The notes under the pieces were generated by a model. It was given only the letters and a program-made list of their open reading frames with translations. It did no database searches and was not told where the DNA came from. 64,000 nt of DNA, taken from the IMG/VR virus record IMGVR_UViG_3300033120_000845, positions 1 to 64,000 of that record; one strand, written 5' to 3'. The translations under genes were made by a program, and so were the position numbers. This document shows, one piece after another, positions 27,321 to 36,892 of the stretch. This DNA comes from a virus (lineage: Duplodnaviria > Caudoviricetes). The first letter of the stretch is position 1. Every line of letters starts with the position of its first letter.

Positions 27321-27749
27321 TTATGAATTTGGTTCTAAATGTTTAGAATAGACTGTTGCTTTAATCCAAAAATTAAATGCTAATGGGTCAGTCAAAGCCC
27401 CTGAACAAATAATATTCTTAGTTTCCTCATAGGTTGTCTCAGCTTTAGAAAAACAAAACTGAAGAATTTCTTTCTTATAGTTAGGCTTATCTTCTTTTAA
27501 AATTTTCAACAACTCTTTAGAAGAACCATTATATGTTTTCCATGTATATTCCCCTTTTGATTGACCTTTCAACTTACCACTTGTGTAATTAGGTTTTAGC
27601 ATTGTTTTTCGTCCAATATAGTATCTACCATCTTCTAACGTAATTTTATAAACAAAGGAGATACTACCTTTCGGTGTTTTTGAAATATCGTCTATTACTT
27701 TACCTTGATATTCCCACTGTGGTTTACTTACTTTCTTTTTTGGTGGCAT
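27321..27749 (-). CDS. GIY-YIG family nuclease-like protein
   Basis: FVYKIT..DGRYYIGRK...YNGSS...KEIL. Confidence 0.7.
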   Translation of the reverse strand: MPPKKKVSKPQWEYQGKVIDDISKTPKGSISFVYKITLEDGRYYIGRKTMLKPNYTSGKLKGQSKGEYTWKTYNGSSKELLKILKEDKPNYKKEILQFCFSKAETTYEETKNIICSGALTDPLAFNFWIKATVYSKHLEPNS

Positions 27750-28699
27750 ATTTTAATATATTAATCGTACCGTCTTCCCAATGTTCTACAATGTTTTTAT
27801 TTTCATCCATATAAATCATTGGTAATCCTTTTTCCCAAGCATCTTCTTCTACCCTTTTGCGGAAATTTTCTTGAAACTTTTCTGACTTAAAATATTCAGA
27901 TTCTGTCATTATTCTTCGTTGTTAGATTTAAAATACGCCTCATAAACAAGTATGAAAAACCATGTCAAGGGTAAAACTAAATAGTTCCAAGTATTATCAC
28001 CTCTTTCTTCAAATGGAATTTCTAATTCTTCTTCCATTCTTTGATTAGAGATTGATATTGTTATTCCAATGAATATGTATAGTGCTGTTAAAAATATTAT
28101 CATCTGTTTTTATTTTTTATTTGCGCGAAAATTAGCTGTTATTACCAAAACATCCTGTTTCTATTTGAAATCTAATATCCTGCCATTGCAAGAAGGCTTT
28201 TTTCTGCTCTTCATCTGACAATGTGTCATCACAATAGTTTTTCCAATGTTCAGAAGCTTTATTCATTGCCTTTACCCAAGGACTGTCTCCTTTAAATGTA
28301 ACTTCATTTATATGTTTAATCATTCTCTATAATTTTGTTAAACTGCTCTATTATTTCTCTCCCATCAAAAGAATTATGGACTAATATTAATTCACCACTC
28401 TCTTCAATTAATTTAGGTTGACATTTACAAGTTGATAATTCCTCGTGTTCTTCCGAATCATTGATTGGTAGTATATGCCAAATGCTCATCTATTATCGTT
28501 TGAATGTGTAAATATAAATTGTATCCGTTTTTATTCCATTACTTTCTATCCTATAATCAGGTTTGATTTTAATACTTGATTCTATTTTTATTTCTGAAAA
28601 ATACTTATCATAAACACTGTAAATCACATATCCAAAAAGTAGTAATAATATAACAAATAACCACCCAACTAATTTCCAAAGTACGTTAAAGACTCTCAT
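27724..28699 (-). other. run of small hypothetical ORFs, two with TM helices
   Basis: ORFs 27724-27909, 27909-28103, 28132-28323, 28493-28699. Confidence 0.6.
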
Positions 28700-28700
28700 A

Positions 28701-28949
28701 TTAACTCTCCATCACTTTTTTAACAATCTCATCAAACTCTTCTGCTGTAAATACTCCTACTTTCTTCTCTTTTAATTCGCCACCTAAAAAGAATAACATA
28801 GTAGGAACTGTCCTTACATTATATTGAAGTGCTAATGAATGGTCTTCAAAAACATCTACTTTCTTATATTCTTTTCCTTCTAAATTTTTATCTAATTGAA
28901 TACATGGTTTACATGTATCACTGTACAGTTTAATTACTTCTAATTCCAT
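28701..28949 (-). CDS. trx: thioredoxin
   Basis: CKPC active site; YNVRTVPT cis-Pro motif. Confidence 0.88.
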   Translation of the reverse strand: MELEVIKLYSDTCKPCIQLDKNLEGKEYKKVDVFEDHSLALQYNVRTVPTMLFFLGGELKEKKVGVFTAEEFDEIVKKVMES

Positions 28950-28952
28950 ATT

Positions 28953-29963
28953 CTATTCTTCTGTTTCTTTTTTAGTTTTTTCAGCGATTTCAGATTTTAA
29001 GTCCTCTAATAAATCAGGGTTATCAAATAACATTGGTACTAAATTATCAATACCCTGTACTATAGTCGTACCCTTATAGGTAACCCAACTACCCTTCATT
29101 TCTAAAATTCCTAATCTTTTTGCGGAAGAAGCTACGTCTGCTTCAATAGTGTAACCCATTCCGTAGGTGAATTCAACGGATACTTCTCTGTTTACAATCC
29201 CTACTTTATTTTTAGTACACTTAATACGTACCATATTACCTTCAACAATTTTATCTTTATTTCCAAGATTACCTTTTTCATCTTTTTCTTTTTTAGATGA
29301 TTTGAATAACTCTAAAGTTAAAGAGCTATTGTGATGCAAACTTCTACCTCCCGGAACAACTGTGTCTGGACTGTATTTATTAGCTTTATCCATATTATCT
29401 CTGACTTGAGATAAAATAATTAAAGTAGTGTTGTATTGGTTACATAAACCTATTAAAATTGGTAATTGGCTGGATAGAACGTTGGCGCGGTTTGCCATCG
29501 TTTTTTCACCTGCTGTTTTTTGTAATTGTTCTCCACTCGCAGAGTTATTAATAGAATCGACAATAATAACATCATAGTTAGGAATTTGTTGCCTGATTAC
29601 GTCACACATTAATTCTGTTGTTTCAGGAATAAAGTGGTCAAATTTTGAAGGGTCTGCACCCAAACTTTCTAAATAATCAGTTGTTAGTGTAGCTTCTGTA
29701 TCTGCATATAATATCCTGTCCCCTAATCCTTCTGCAATTTGAATTGTTAATGAGCTCTTACCCGCACTTGGTTCTCCTGCAAATAATACTAACCTGCCTT
29801 TTGGTATCCCACCATCAGTTACCCAATCAATACTTGGTCTACCTGTTAATGATTTTTCTGCATATCTTGGATTTTTCTGTAAATTAACTATAGCTCCACG
29901 AGCATATAAAAAATCTACTTTTTCAAAAGTTTTATCTAATCCTTCGTCTTTTTTCTTTGCCAT
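28953..29963 (-). CDS. recA: RecA/UvsX recombinase
   Basis: GGIPKGR, GEPSAGKS, DTE, IIVDS, SQVRD, PGGRSL, KNKVG; start placed at MAKKK (29963). Confidence 0.93.
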   Translation of the reverse strand: MAKKKDEGLDKTFEKVDFLYARGAIVNLQKNPRYAEKSLTGRPSIDWVTDGGIPKGRLVLFAGEPSAGKSSLTIQIAEGLGDRILYADTEATLTTDYLESLGADPSKFDHFIPETTELMCDVIRQQIPNYDVIIVDSINNSASGEQLQKTAGEKTMANRANVLSSQLPILIGLCNQYNTTLIILSQVRDNMDKANKYSPDTVVPGGRSLHHNSSLTLELFKSSKKEKDEKGNLGNKDKIVEGNMVRIKCTKNKVGIVNREVSVEFTYGMGYTIEADVASSAKRLGILEMKGSWVTYKGTTIVQGIDNLVPMLFDNPDLLEDLKSEIAEKTKKETEE

Positions 29964-29965
29964 TT

Positions 29966-30382
29966 TTATTTTGTTAATTGTGAGATGCGCCCAGAAATAC
30001 TGTTTAAAATCTGTTGAACCGCTAAAACTACTAATCGGGCTCTTTCTTTTTGTTTGAAAGCAAATGCACAAGCATCATCTACTTCTTTAGACTGTAACCT
30101 TGCTAATCTTTCTGAATCTGCTACATTATGACATTTACCTGTTCTTTCATCTATTTCATTTCTAAAATATTCTTCTTTTTCGGCGTAGAATCTTTTTCTA
30201 TCATAATCCTTTGATTCAGCATTAGCTATTGTCATTGAAACTGAATCACTAAGATAAAATAAATTTAATGCTATATTTTCTCTCAAATCTTGTAATTCTT
30301 GAACAGTCATTGAGTTTCTTTTTTCATTAAACTCATCAATCAATTCCGTTAATTTATAAAAAGGATGTGTTTCAGTTGCCAT
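29966..30382 (-). CDS. helical protein next to RecA (possible recombination mediator)
   Basis: 138-aa coiled-coil-like ORF; function inferred from position only. Confidence 0.55.
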   Translation of the reverse strand: MATETHPFYKLTELIDEFNEKRNSMTVQELQDLRENIALNLFYLSDSVSMTIANAESKDYDRKRFYAEKEEYFRNEIDERTGKCHNVADSERLARLQSKEVDDACAFAFKQKERARLVVLAVQQILNSISGRISQLTK

Positions 30383-30821
30383 CTCTAAACTTGTTTATTA
30401 TTTCTATATAATCTTCTTTATAAAAGACTTTCAATTCTTTACTTTTTTCCGCCAAAAAATCTAAAACATCAGAACCATATTCCTCAACTAAAAATTCTTC
30501 ATACTCTTTATGATGTTTAGATTTATACCCTTCAACTTGTACTTGAGCATCAAAAGTGTTTGAAACAGCAGATATTAAATGTACATTTTTTAAGTTATAT
30601 CTCAAACTCATTATTCCTCGGTCATAAAAATGACAGCAATGCATTTGGTCTTTATGAAAACTTTGCTCTTTAATTGGACACCATATTCTTTCTCCGAAAC
30701 CTACCGATTTTCTCAAAAGATATTGTCTTAATTCATAGTCTGCAATTTTCTTTAAATCTGAGTTAGACAGACTTTCTAAATCTTGTGTATTAAAATCTAA
30801 CTTTTTATATTTACTTTTCAT
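30372..30821 (-). CDS. NinG/Rap-like recombination endonuclease
   Basis: MHCCHFYDRGIMSLRYNLKNVH..N..YEEFLVEEYG resembles the lambda NinG core. Confidence 0.65.
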   Translation of the reverse strand: MKSKYKKLDFNTQDLESLSNSDLKKIADYELRQYLLRKSVGFGERIWCPIKEQSFHKDQMHCCHFYDRGIMSLRYNLKNVHLISAVSNTFDAQVQVEGYKSKHHKEYEEFLVEEYGSDVLDFLAEKSKELKVFYKEDYIEIINKFRDGN

Positions 30822-30825
30822 AATG

Positions 30826-30857
30826 CAAATATATGAAATAAAAAGTAGTTGTGCAAA
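30826..30857 (-). promoter_or_regulatory. Bacteroidota sigma70-type promoter
   Basis: TTTGCACA-N16-TATATTTG on the minus strand. Confidence 0.7.
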
Positions 30858-30862
30858 TATTT

Positions 30863-32203
30863 TTACTGTTTTTTATCTTTTTTCGCGGAAAATATATTTA
30901 AAACTTCTTTGAGTTTAATGTATTCAGTGTCTATGCCATTAAATGTATGGATTTCTAACTTTTGAATTAATTGTTTAATTTCTTCTTCTGTTTTTGGTTT
31001 CTTTCCCGCCGATAAAATTTCTAAAGGTTTAAATCCATTACAATTACAAGATTGTAAAAAACTATTACACTTGTTACATCTCGCTGCTATCATAATAAAT
31101 CATTTAATTGTCCTATAAAAACTCGTCGCCAAGCTAATTCCTGACTATATTTCTCTATTAATCCATCTGAATCCTCCACCTTACTTTTAAGGTCGTATAA
31201 TTCGTTTAAAAGAAATTCTAATTCTTGGCAGGCTTCTTTATGGTGTTGTATTAGGTTTTCAATTTTCTGTTTCATCTGTGTAAAATGTTATCTCTGTTGG
31301 GGTTACACTTATTTCTTCATCCGAGCCCTTTTTAATCCATTCTAATAATTGTTCGTAAACTTTTTTATTAGTTTTAACTGTAATTTTCATAATCCTTTTA
31401 TTTCTTTCTGCGCCGAAATTATATTTTCTCTAAGGGTTTCTCCCTTTTTATATGTCTCAATAGAGCATTCGTAGTATTTACTAACCGATAATATTTCAAC
31501 TTCTTTTCCTAAAAATTCAATATACTCTTCTTGAGCTTTGATTAACTTTTCATATTTTGAAATTATGTCATCTTCATAATATTTTTCTATTGCACTCATA
31601 ACCCTTTCTTTTTAATTTGCTCTCTAATTTTATTAAGTTCTTCCTCTAAATCCTCTTTACCTTGCTCAAGAGTTACATAAATTTTAATATACCCTAAAGA
31701 ATTAATCCTTATTGTTATTATTCTATGATAATCTGCTAAATTATATTCTCTTTTAAAATTCTTCTTTTCTTCTTCAGAAGCTCTTATAAATATATCTTGC
31801 TCACCAAAATATTTTGAAAATTCCGCTATAAAACTGATAGTTATCCTACTCCACTCATCTGTTTTACATTCAATTTCTTTATTTTCTTCCTCAAGATTTT
31901 TTAGATAATTAAATAAATCTTCTATCGAAGTAAATGTATATTTTTTATTGTTTATTTTCATTTCTGTTTGATTTTCTTTTTTCTTTCATAAAGTTTACCT
32001 TTCAAATATAATTCAATTGTTAGTGGTCTCCCTAAATCCCAATAAATATCTCTAACGACTTCTATCTCTTTTCCATTATTTACAAATATAAATACATCTG
32101 TTGTATCTGTATGTTCATTGTATTTTGATAACAGTGTTAGTAGTTTTTCTTTTGCTTCTGTTTCTTTGTTGCCGCGATAAATGAAATGATAGTAGTTTTT
32201 CAA
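30863..32203 (-). other. run of small hypothetical ORFs
   Basis: ORFs 30863-31093, 31090-31275, 31387-31599, 31596-31961, 31958-32203, several overlapping at stop/start. Confidence 0.65.
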
Positions 32204-32400
32204 AAGTTAAAATGTTTTAATTTCTTTTTCTATTTCGTAAAGTCTGTTGCAATCTTCTTCTGTAATTCTTCCTGTAATTAGTTTCATTGATATAAATTGT
32301 AATTCCCAATATAAATTATCATCATAGCAGAAGTACATACAATCATTTAATGTTTTTTCAAATTTTTTGTTTAATACTAACATAATTATTAATTTAAAAG

Positions 32401-32432
32401 CAAAAGTACAACTTAATTTTTAATTATGCAAA
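32401..32432 (-). promoter_or_regulatory. Bacteroidota sigma70-type promoter
   Basis: TTTGCATA-N16-TACTTTTG on the minus strand. Confidence 0.65.
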
Positions 32433-33611
32433 TTTCTCTGTTTTAATTTTAGGTATTATACTAAATTCTTTTTCAAATTTTTCTAACATCACATTTTCAA
32501 CTAAATCTATATACTCCTCTGTAGTACTTATTGAATCGTGAACTGTAAATAGAGGTATTTGCTTTTTTGTTAAGTACATTAAAGTCTCTACGCATGAAAA
32601 AATAAACCGACTTTCTGTTTTTTGTAACATTATTGCTACATCTTTGTACCGTTCTGTTTTTATTCTTCTGACAACATAAAATATTTCGGGGAACTCTTGT
32701 TCAAACACTTTCTCATAATCTGATAAGTCTTTTCTATTTTTATCAAACAGCACACCTCCAAAAATCCTTTTCTTAAACTTACTTCTACTTTTTTCTGTTA
32801 ATTTTATTCCCATTTTTTCGGCAAAAAATTCATAAAAACCGTATTTACAAACAACATCTCTGTATTTATTTAATTCTGTTTCTTTAATAGAGCAATTACT
32901 TTTTAAAAAACAGTATAAGAAGAATGGTTGTGAATTTCTAATATCCGCTTGAAATAATGGTTTATTATCAAATGATAGGAATTTTCTAAATTCCGTAGGG
33001 GCGTTTGTTAAATTATTATGCAACCTGTCTCCTGTATCATCTTTAGTTGCAAATTTAGTATCAAATAATTCTATTACCATTTTGCAAAATTCAATCCTTT
33101 TGTCTTCAGATTTATCAATTTTATCTCTTACAAATCTTTGAGCCTTTTTTCTATCTAAGATTAGATTATCCATACATCTTGTAATATAACCATACCCATC
33201 AGTAGATTTTAATAAGTCAAATCTTGGTTTATTTAAAACGTCTGTGAGTTTTTTGTTGAGTTCGATATCTTCTATTTCAACTAATCTAAATTTTTCAGTT
33301 TTATATTTATCACTTAGCTTATATCCTTTGGACTTAGAAGATTTTATATAAAAATTATCCGTTTCTATAATGCCATACATTATTAAATCATCTAAGAATT
33401 TTTTAGCATAATCGTATGATACCAATTTACGAAGATGATTAATATTTAAATTTACGAAACCTTTAGAGTAAAATGTTCTGTCGTAATAAGGTGCGGTTCT
33501 AATATAAGAAACGATAAACAAATAATGCCAAGTAAAATCTTTATTTTTACCTTCATTATTTACTATCTTATTCACTATATCTATAATAATATTATTAGTA
33601 TATATCTTCAT
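32424..33611 (-). CDS. compact family-A (PolA/T7-type) polymerase-fold protein with N-terminal helical/wHTH-like region
   Basis: TGDRLHNNLTN (cf. TGRLSS..NLQN), motif A ADIRNSQP, LQKTES (cf. IQGTAA), motif C TVHDSI; no exonuclease domain; ATG start at 33611. Confidence 0.65.
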   Translation of the reverse strand: MKIYTNNIIIDIVNKIVNNEGKNKDFTWHYLFIVSYIRTAPYYDRTFYSKGFVNLNINHLRKLVSYDYAKKFLDDLIMYGIIETDNFYIKSSKSKGYKLSDKYKTEKFRLVEIEDIELNKKLTDVLNKPRFDLLKSTDGYGYITRCMDNLILDRKKAQRFVRDKIDKSEDKRIEFCKMVIELFDTKFATKDDTGDRLHNNLTNAPTEFRKFLSFDNKPLFQADIRNSQPFFLYCFLKSNCSIKETELNKYRDVVCKYGFYEFFAEKMGIKLTEKSRSKFKKRIFGGVLFDKNRKDLSDYEKVFEQEFPEIFYVVRRIKTERYKDVAIMLQKTESRFIFSCVETLMYLTKKQIPLFTVHDSISTTEEYIDLVENVMLEKFEKEFSIIPKIKTEKFA

Positions 33612-34003
33612 ATTAATTTTAATAACTGTTCTTATGTCGTGGGGACGGATTTTCAAAAATCCTTATTTTTCAGTACTTCACGAGGGTCAAAAGAAAACAA
33701 AAAAACGAAAACTTGTAACCTATAAAATGACGAAAGTCCAATAAACTGAGAACCCTAAATGTAGCTGCAAGGATTCTGTATTCAGTTTAAAGGACTTTAC
33801 GTGTTCTCTTTAATATTGTTTACAATTTAATTATAGGCAGCTACGTCTATAATAAACTTTTGGTTTTAAATTTTAACGAGCCGAACAAAACGTGGTTAGT
33901 TAGGTGGGCTCGGTTGTTAAGTACAATTTCTAAACTATTCTATTTATCCGTGAACAATGTCACCAAGAATTATATCTTTTTTCATGCTTTCAATTTTAAA
34001 GTG

Positions 34004-34131
34004 CAAATATACAACATTAATTTTAAACCACCAAATTGATTAGCTGAAAATAAATTATTTTTTATAAACTAATAAAATTCATAATATTATGTTAAAGTTC
34101 TTGCATGATAATAAAATACGTAGTATATTTG
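34004..34131. promoter_or_regulatory. divergent promoter pair at the strand switch
   Basis: Minus: TATATTTG at 34004-34011 with TTTG at 34032-34035; plus: CTTGCATG-N16-TATATTTG at 34100-34131. Confidence 0.75.
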
Positions 34132-34142
34132 CATTTTAAATT

Positions 34143-34502
34143 ATGGGTAAAAGGAGAAATTACTACTACATTCCACCCGAATACCACAGGGAAATCAGCT
34201 TCCAAAAATACATAAAGAAAAATAAAATATTCTTTAGAGATGCAACAAAACTCTTTAAAGGGTATGGATATGTTGTAACGGAAGAACATAAGAACTACAC
34301 AGCTTTTTCTAAAGACGGTATTACTTTTTATTTGCCGCGAATACAAGAATATTTCACTTGGGTATTTACAGAGCATAAGGATTTTATCTTTGAAGATTTA
34401 TATGGGGAATGGTCGGTTAAAAGACTGAAATTTAATTTAGACAGAATGAGTATGTTTAAATACAGAATAAAATACAATAAAGAATTTGGCTTATGCAAAT
34501 AG
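34143..34502 (+). CDS. hypothetical protein
   Basis: First ORF of the plus-strand operon. Confidence 0.7.
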   Translation: MGKRRNYYYIPPEYHREISFQKYIKKNKIFFRDATKLFKGYGYVVTEEHKNYTAFSKDGITFYLPRIQEYFTWVFTEHKDFIFEDLYGEWSVKRLKFNLDRMSMFKYRIKYNKEFGLCK

Positions 34503-34903
34503 ACTTAACGGGGTTTACTTATGATTTTAAAACCTGCGGATATAAAAATGATGCGGAATTAACAGACATTATAATCAAACTGTATCAAATAACATCTAAA
34601 AAATTAGCACTTCAAGAAAAGGAAGAAAAGATACTTTTGTTTTACATTAAATACGGATATAATGAAAAAACTAAGAAAGCAATTCTAACATCTGTAGATA
34701 AAAGAAGTGGAGATTCGGCGGAAAAAATAACAAGAAAGCATTTGGATATGATTAACTTCTCTCTAAAAGAAAAAGGATATTTATTAAATCATCCTTCCAA
34801 TTACAGACAGAAATTAGTTGACCCGATGTTAGAAAAAATGTATAAAACATTTACAGGAGATAACGGAAATAAATTATTTATAATTGGATTAAAACAGAAT
34901 TGA
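34493..34903 (+). CDS. hypothetical protein (possible winged-helix DNA binder)
   Basis: 136 aa; HLDMINFSLKEKGYLL. Confidence 0.65.
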   Translation: MQIDLTGFTYDFKTCGYKNDAELTDIIIKLYQITSKKLALQEKEEKILLFYIKYGYNEKTKKAILTSVDKRSGDSAEKITRKHLDMINFSLKEKGYLLNHPSNYRQKLVDPMLEKMYKTFTGDNGNKLFIIGLKQN

Positions 34904-34904
34904 A

Positions 34905-35087
34905 ATGGATAAAGAATCTTTAGAAGAAAGAAAAGATAGGTTTAATAATAAAATATTAGAAACTAAAGAACTTTTTAGAAATTTACCGTGTAATGAAGCT
35001 ATATATTTATTGAATTGTGTAATTGAAGATATTAAAAGTTTTAGAGATGAAAAAAGTAAAGATATTAATTTTACACCTTCAGAATGA
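34905..35087 (+). CDS. hypothetical protein
   Basis: 60 aa; ATGA overlap with the next gene. Confidence 0.55.
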   Translation: MDKESLEERKDRFNNKILETKELFRNLPCNEAIYLLNCVIEDIKSFRDEKSKDINFTPSE

Positions 35088-35446
35088 GTCAATTCGCAAT
35101 AAAAGATGATATAACATCAAAAGTCGCGGAAAGATGGAAAGATGTAGAGAAAAAAGATGTTGATGACTTACTAAGATGCTTTGTAGAATACTTAAACAAA
35201 TCAACAAAGTCAGATGAACATTACGCTTATGATTTTCCATACTTAGGAAAAATGTATTTGAAGTTGAATAAATATGAAAAGGGAGCAACACCTTTAGCGG
35301 TAGAAACACTAAAAGATATTTTATTTAATTCTCCAAATTATGAAAAACATCCGTCATACAGAAGAAGCACTTTATACAGAATTCGCACAAAAGATATGAC
35401 AAATGAAGAATTAATGTACAGACAAAATAATGCTGAACAAGATTAA
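35084..35446 (+). CDS. HU/IHF-like DNA-binding protein
   Basis: KDDITSKVAE..KKDVDDLL..FVEYL..FPYLGKM pattern of the HU/IHF fold; IHF-like genes are typical of crAss-like phages. Confidence 0.55.
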   Translation: MSQFAIKDDITSKVAERWKDVEKKDVDDLLRCFVEYLNKSTKSDEHYAYDFPYLGKMYLKLNKYEKGATPLAVETLKDILFNSPNYEKHPSYRRSTLYRIRTKDMTNEELMYRQNNAEQD

Positions 35447-35720
35447 AACAATAGTCCTTTCAAGGATAACAAAACCAAAAACCGATAAGTGGATAAAGGA
35501 CAGACGTAGTAAATGCAATGTTTGTCCTTTTAACACTAAGAACATGGAAAAAGTGCCACTAAAGATAAAAATAATAAAAGCACTTTCAGATTTTTACACT
35601 TGGATAACATTTAATAAAAAAACAGAATTGGGTAACTGTTCTTTGTGCGGATGTGATATTTATTATAAGACGGAAACAAAAATAGAAAAATGCGAAGATA
35701 ACCAATGGAACTTAGATTAA
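35430..35720 (+). CDS. Cys-rich Zn-binding protein
   Basis: RRSKCNVCP..CSLCGC..KT..KC..W. Confidence 0.7.
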   Translation: MLNKIKTIVLSRITKPKTDKWIKDRRSKCNVCPFNTKNMEKVPLKIKIIKALSDFYTWITFNKKTELGNCSLCGCDIYYKTETKIEKCEDNQWNLD

Positions 35721-36040
35721 GAGAAACAGATAAAGCAAAATTAGTAGGTAGCGTTATTGAATATAATGAACTACCTTATGCAGGAAATTCAAAAGTTATT
35801 TTAGACTTTATTTTCCCGCAAGATTCAAAAATTACAGACTTTTTACTAACTCCAACTTGCGGATGTACAATCACAAACACTTGGAAGAACACAGACGGAA
35901 GTTATTATACAGATGTTAAGTATGACACAAAAAGAGTCGGAGAATTTGAAAAAACAGTAAAAATCTCATACAAAGAGAACGGAAAAAATATTAATGGAAC
36001 ATTTAAAATAAAAGGTAAAGTAAGAGAGAATGGATTATAA
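35705..36040 (+). CDS. Ig-like (DUF1573-type) protein
   Basis: TPTCGCT..VKYDTKRVGEFEKTVKI..IKGKV. Confidence 0.65.
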   Translation: MELRLRETDKAKLVGSVIEYNELPYAGNSKVILDFIFPQDSKITDFLLTPTCGCTITNTWKNTDGSYYTDVKYDTKRVGEFEKTVKISYKENGKNINGTFKIKGKVRENGL

Positions 36041-36263
36041 AGGATTAATACAATTAGAATTAGATAAATTAATTGAAGAGAATAAGGATTTTACAATGGG
36101 AGAGATTTTCTACTCTTTTCTAAGACCATGTTTTTTAAATGGAAAAATTTTACTTGATGCTTCTGATGAAGATATTTTTAATTCTTTAGAGCGCGCAAGA
36201 AAAGTAGAAGGAACAGACACAGAAATGACAGACCAAGAAATACAAGCATTCATCAATGGATAA
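36030..36263 (+). CDS. hypothetical protein
   Basis: 77 aa, overlaps neighbours. Confidence 0.65.
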   Translation: MDYKGLIQLELDKLIEENKDFTMGEIFYSFLRPCFLNGKILLDASDEDIFNSLERARKVEGTDTEMTDQEIQAFING

Positions 36264-36708
36264 AATAAACAAAACATTACTAAGTTCTTTTGAAGAGAGA
36301 TATCAGGAGTTTAAAGATTACTCAACATTCTACACTAAGTTTGTAGAAACCGCGAAAGAAAATTTAAAAGAAAGGGAAGAATTTATTCTTAAAAATATAG
36401 ACAGCCCTGAAGCAATTGAAAACTTCATTTTAGAAAATTCAACATTGCCTTATTACTACGCAAATGATTTAGAAATTCTAAAAGAAAGACTTATTGCGAC
36501 CTATGAGGCGGTAAAAGATTTTATTGAACTACCACAAGAAGTAATTGATGATATGTTTGTGACAATAAAACTAAAATCAAAGTTAGCGTTCAAAATTGTA
36601 GCAGGAAGCCCCGAACCAATTGACCCTAATTATATCGAACAAATAAAAGCCGAAATAAAAAAACAAGGAATAATTAAAAAAGTTCTTGAACCATTAGCCT
36701 CTAAATAG
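36256..36708 (+). CDS. hypothetical protein
   Basis: 150 aa, followed by a terminator. Confidence 0.7.
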   Translation: MDKINKTLLSSFEERYQEFKDYSTFYTKFVETAKENLKEREEFILKNIDSPEAIENFILENSTLPYYYANDLEILKERLIATYEAVKDFIELPQEVIDDMFVTIKLKSKLAFKIVAGSPEPIDPNYIEQIKAEIKKQGIIKKVLEPLASK

Positions 36709-36718
36709 GAGGCTTTTT
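36697..36718 (+). terminator. intrinsic terminator
   Basis: AGCCTC-taaatag-GAGGCT-TTTT. Confidence 0.7.
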
Positions 36719-36730
36719 GCATTATATATT

Positions 36731-36892
36731 ATGGGAGAAGCGGGCTATATCTTTGATTTAGAAAACATATTACACAGACAATATAAAATTTATAAACATC
36801 GACCTGAAAATAAGTTTGCTGGGCATACCGAATGCTATAATATTAAACTTCCTATTGAGGAAATAATTAAATTAGGATGTCAGAAAGAATAG
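36731..36892 (+). pseudogene. 53-aa remnant resembling the C-terminus of a GIY-YIG/T5orf172-type endonuclease
   Basis: Manually translated MGEAGYIFDLENILHRQYKIYKHRPENKFAGHTECYNIKLPIEEIIKLGCQKE (LE..LH..; F-x-G-x-TEC). Confidence 0.5.

Noticed and set aside
33871-33922. Short AAC-GAGCC..GGCTC-ggtt-GTT hairpin as a further cassette site
   Set aside because: It has a similar 4-nt asymmetry but is much shorter, lacks the GTTTTG/CAAAGC core and has no complementary partner end nearby. Treated as part of the leader structure instead.
1-34000. Integrase/tyrosine recombinase for the cassette arrays, or prophage status
   Set aside because: No ORF with the R..H-x-x-R..H/W..Y signature and no host housekeeping context in the window. 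RecA, GroEL and PhoH are divergent phage-type copies.
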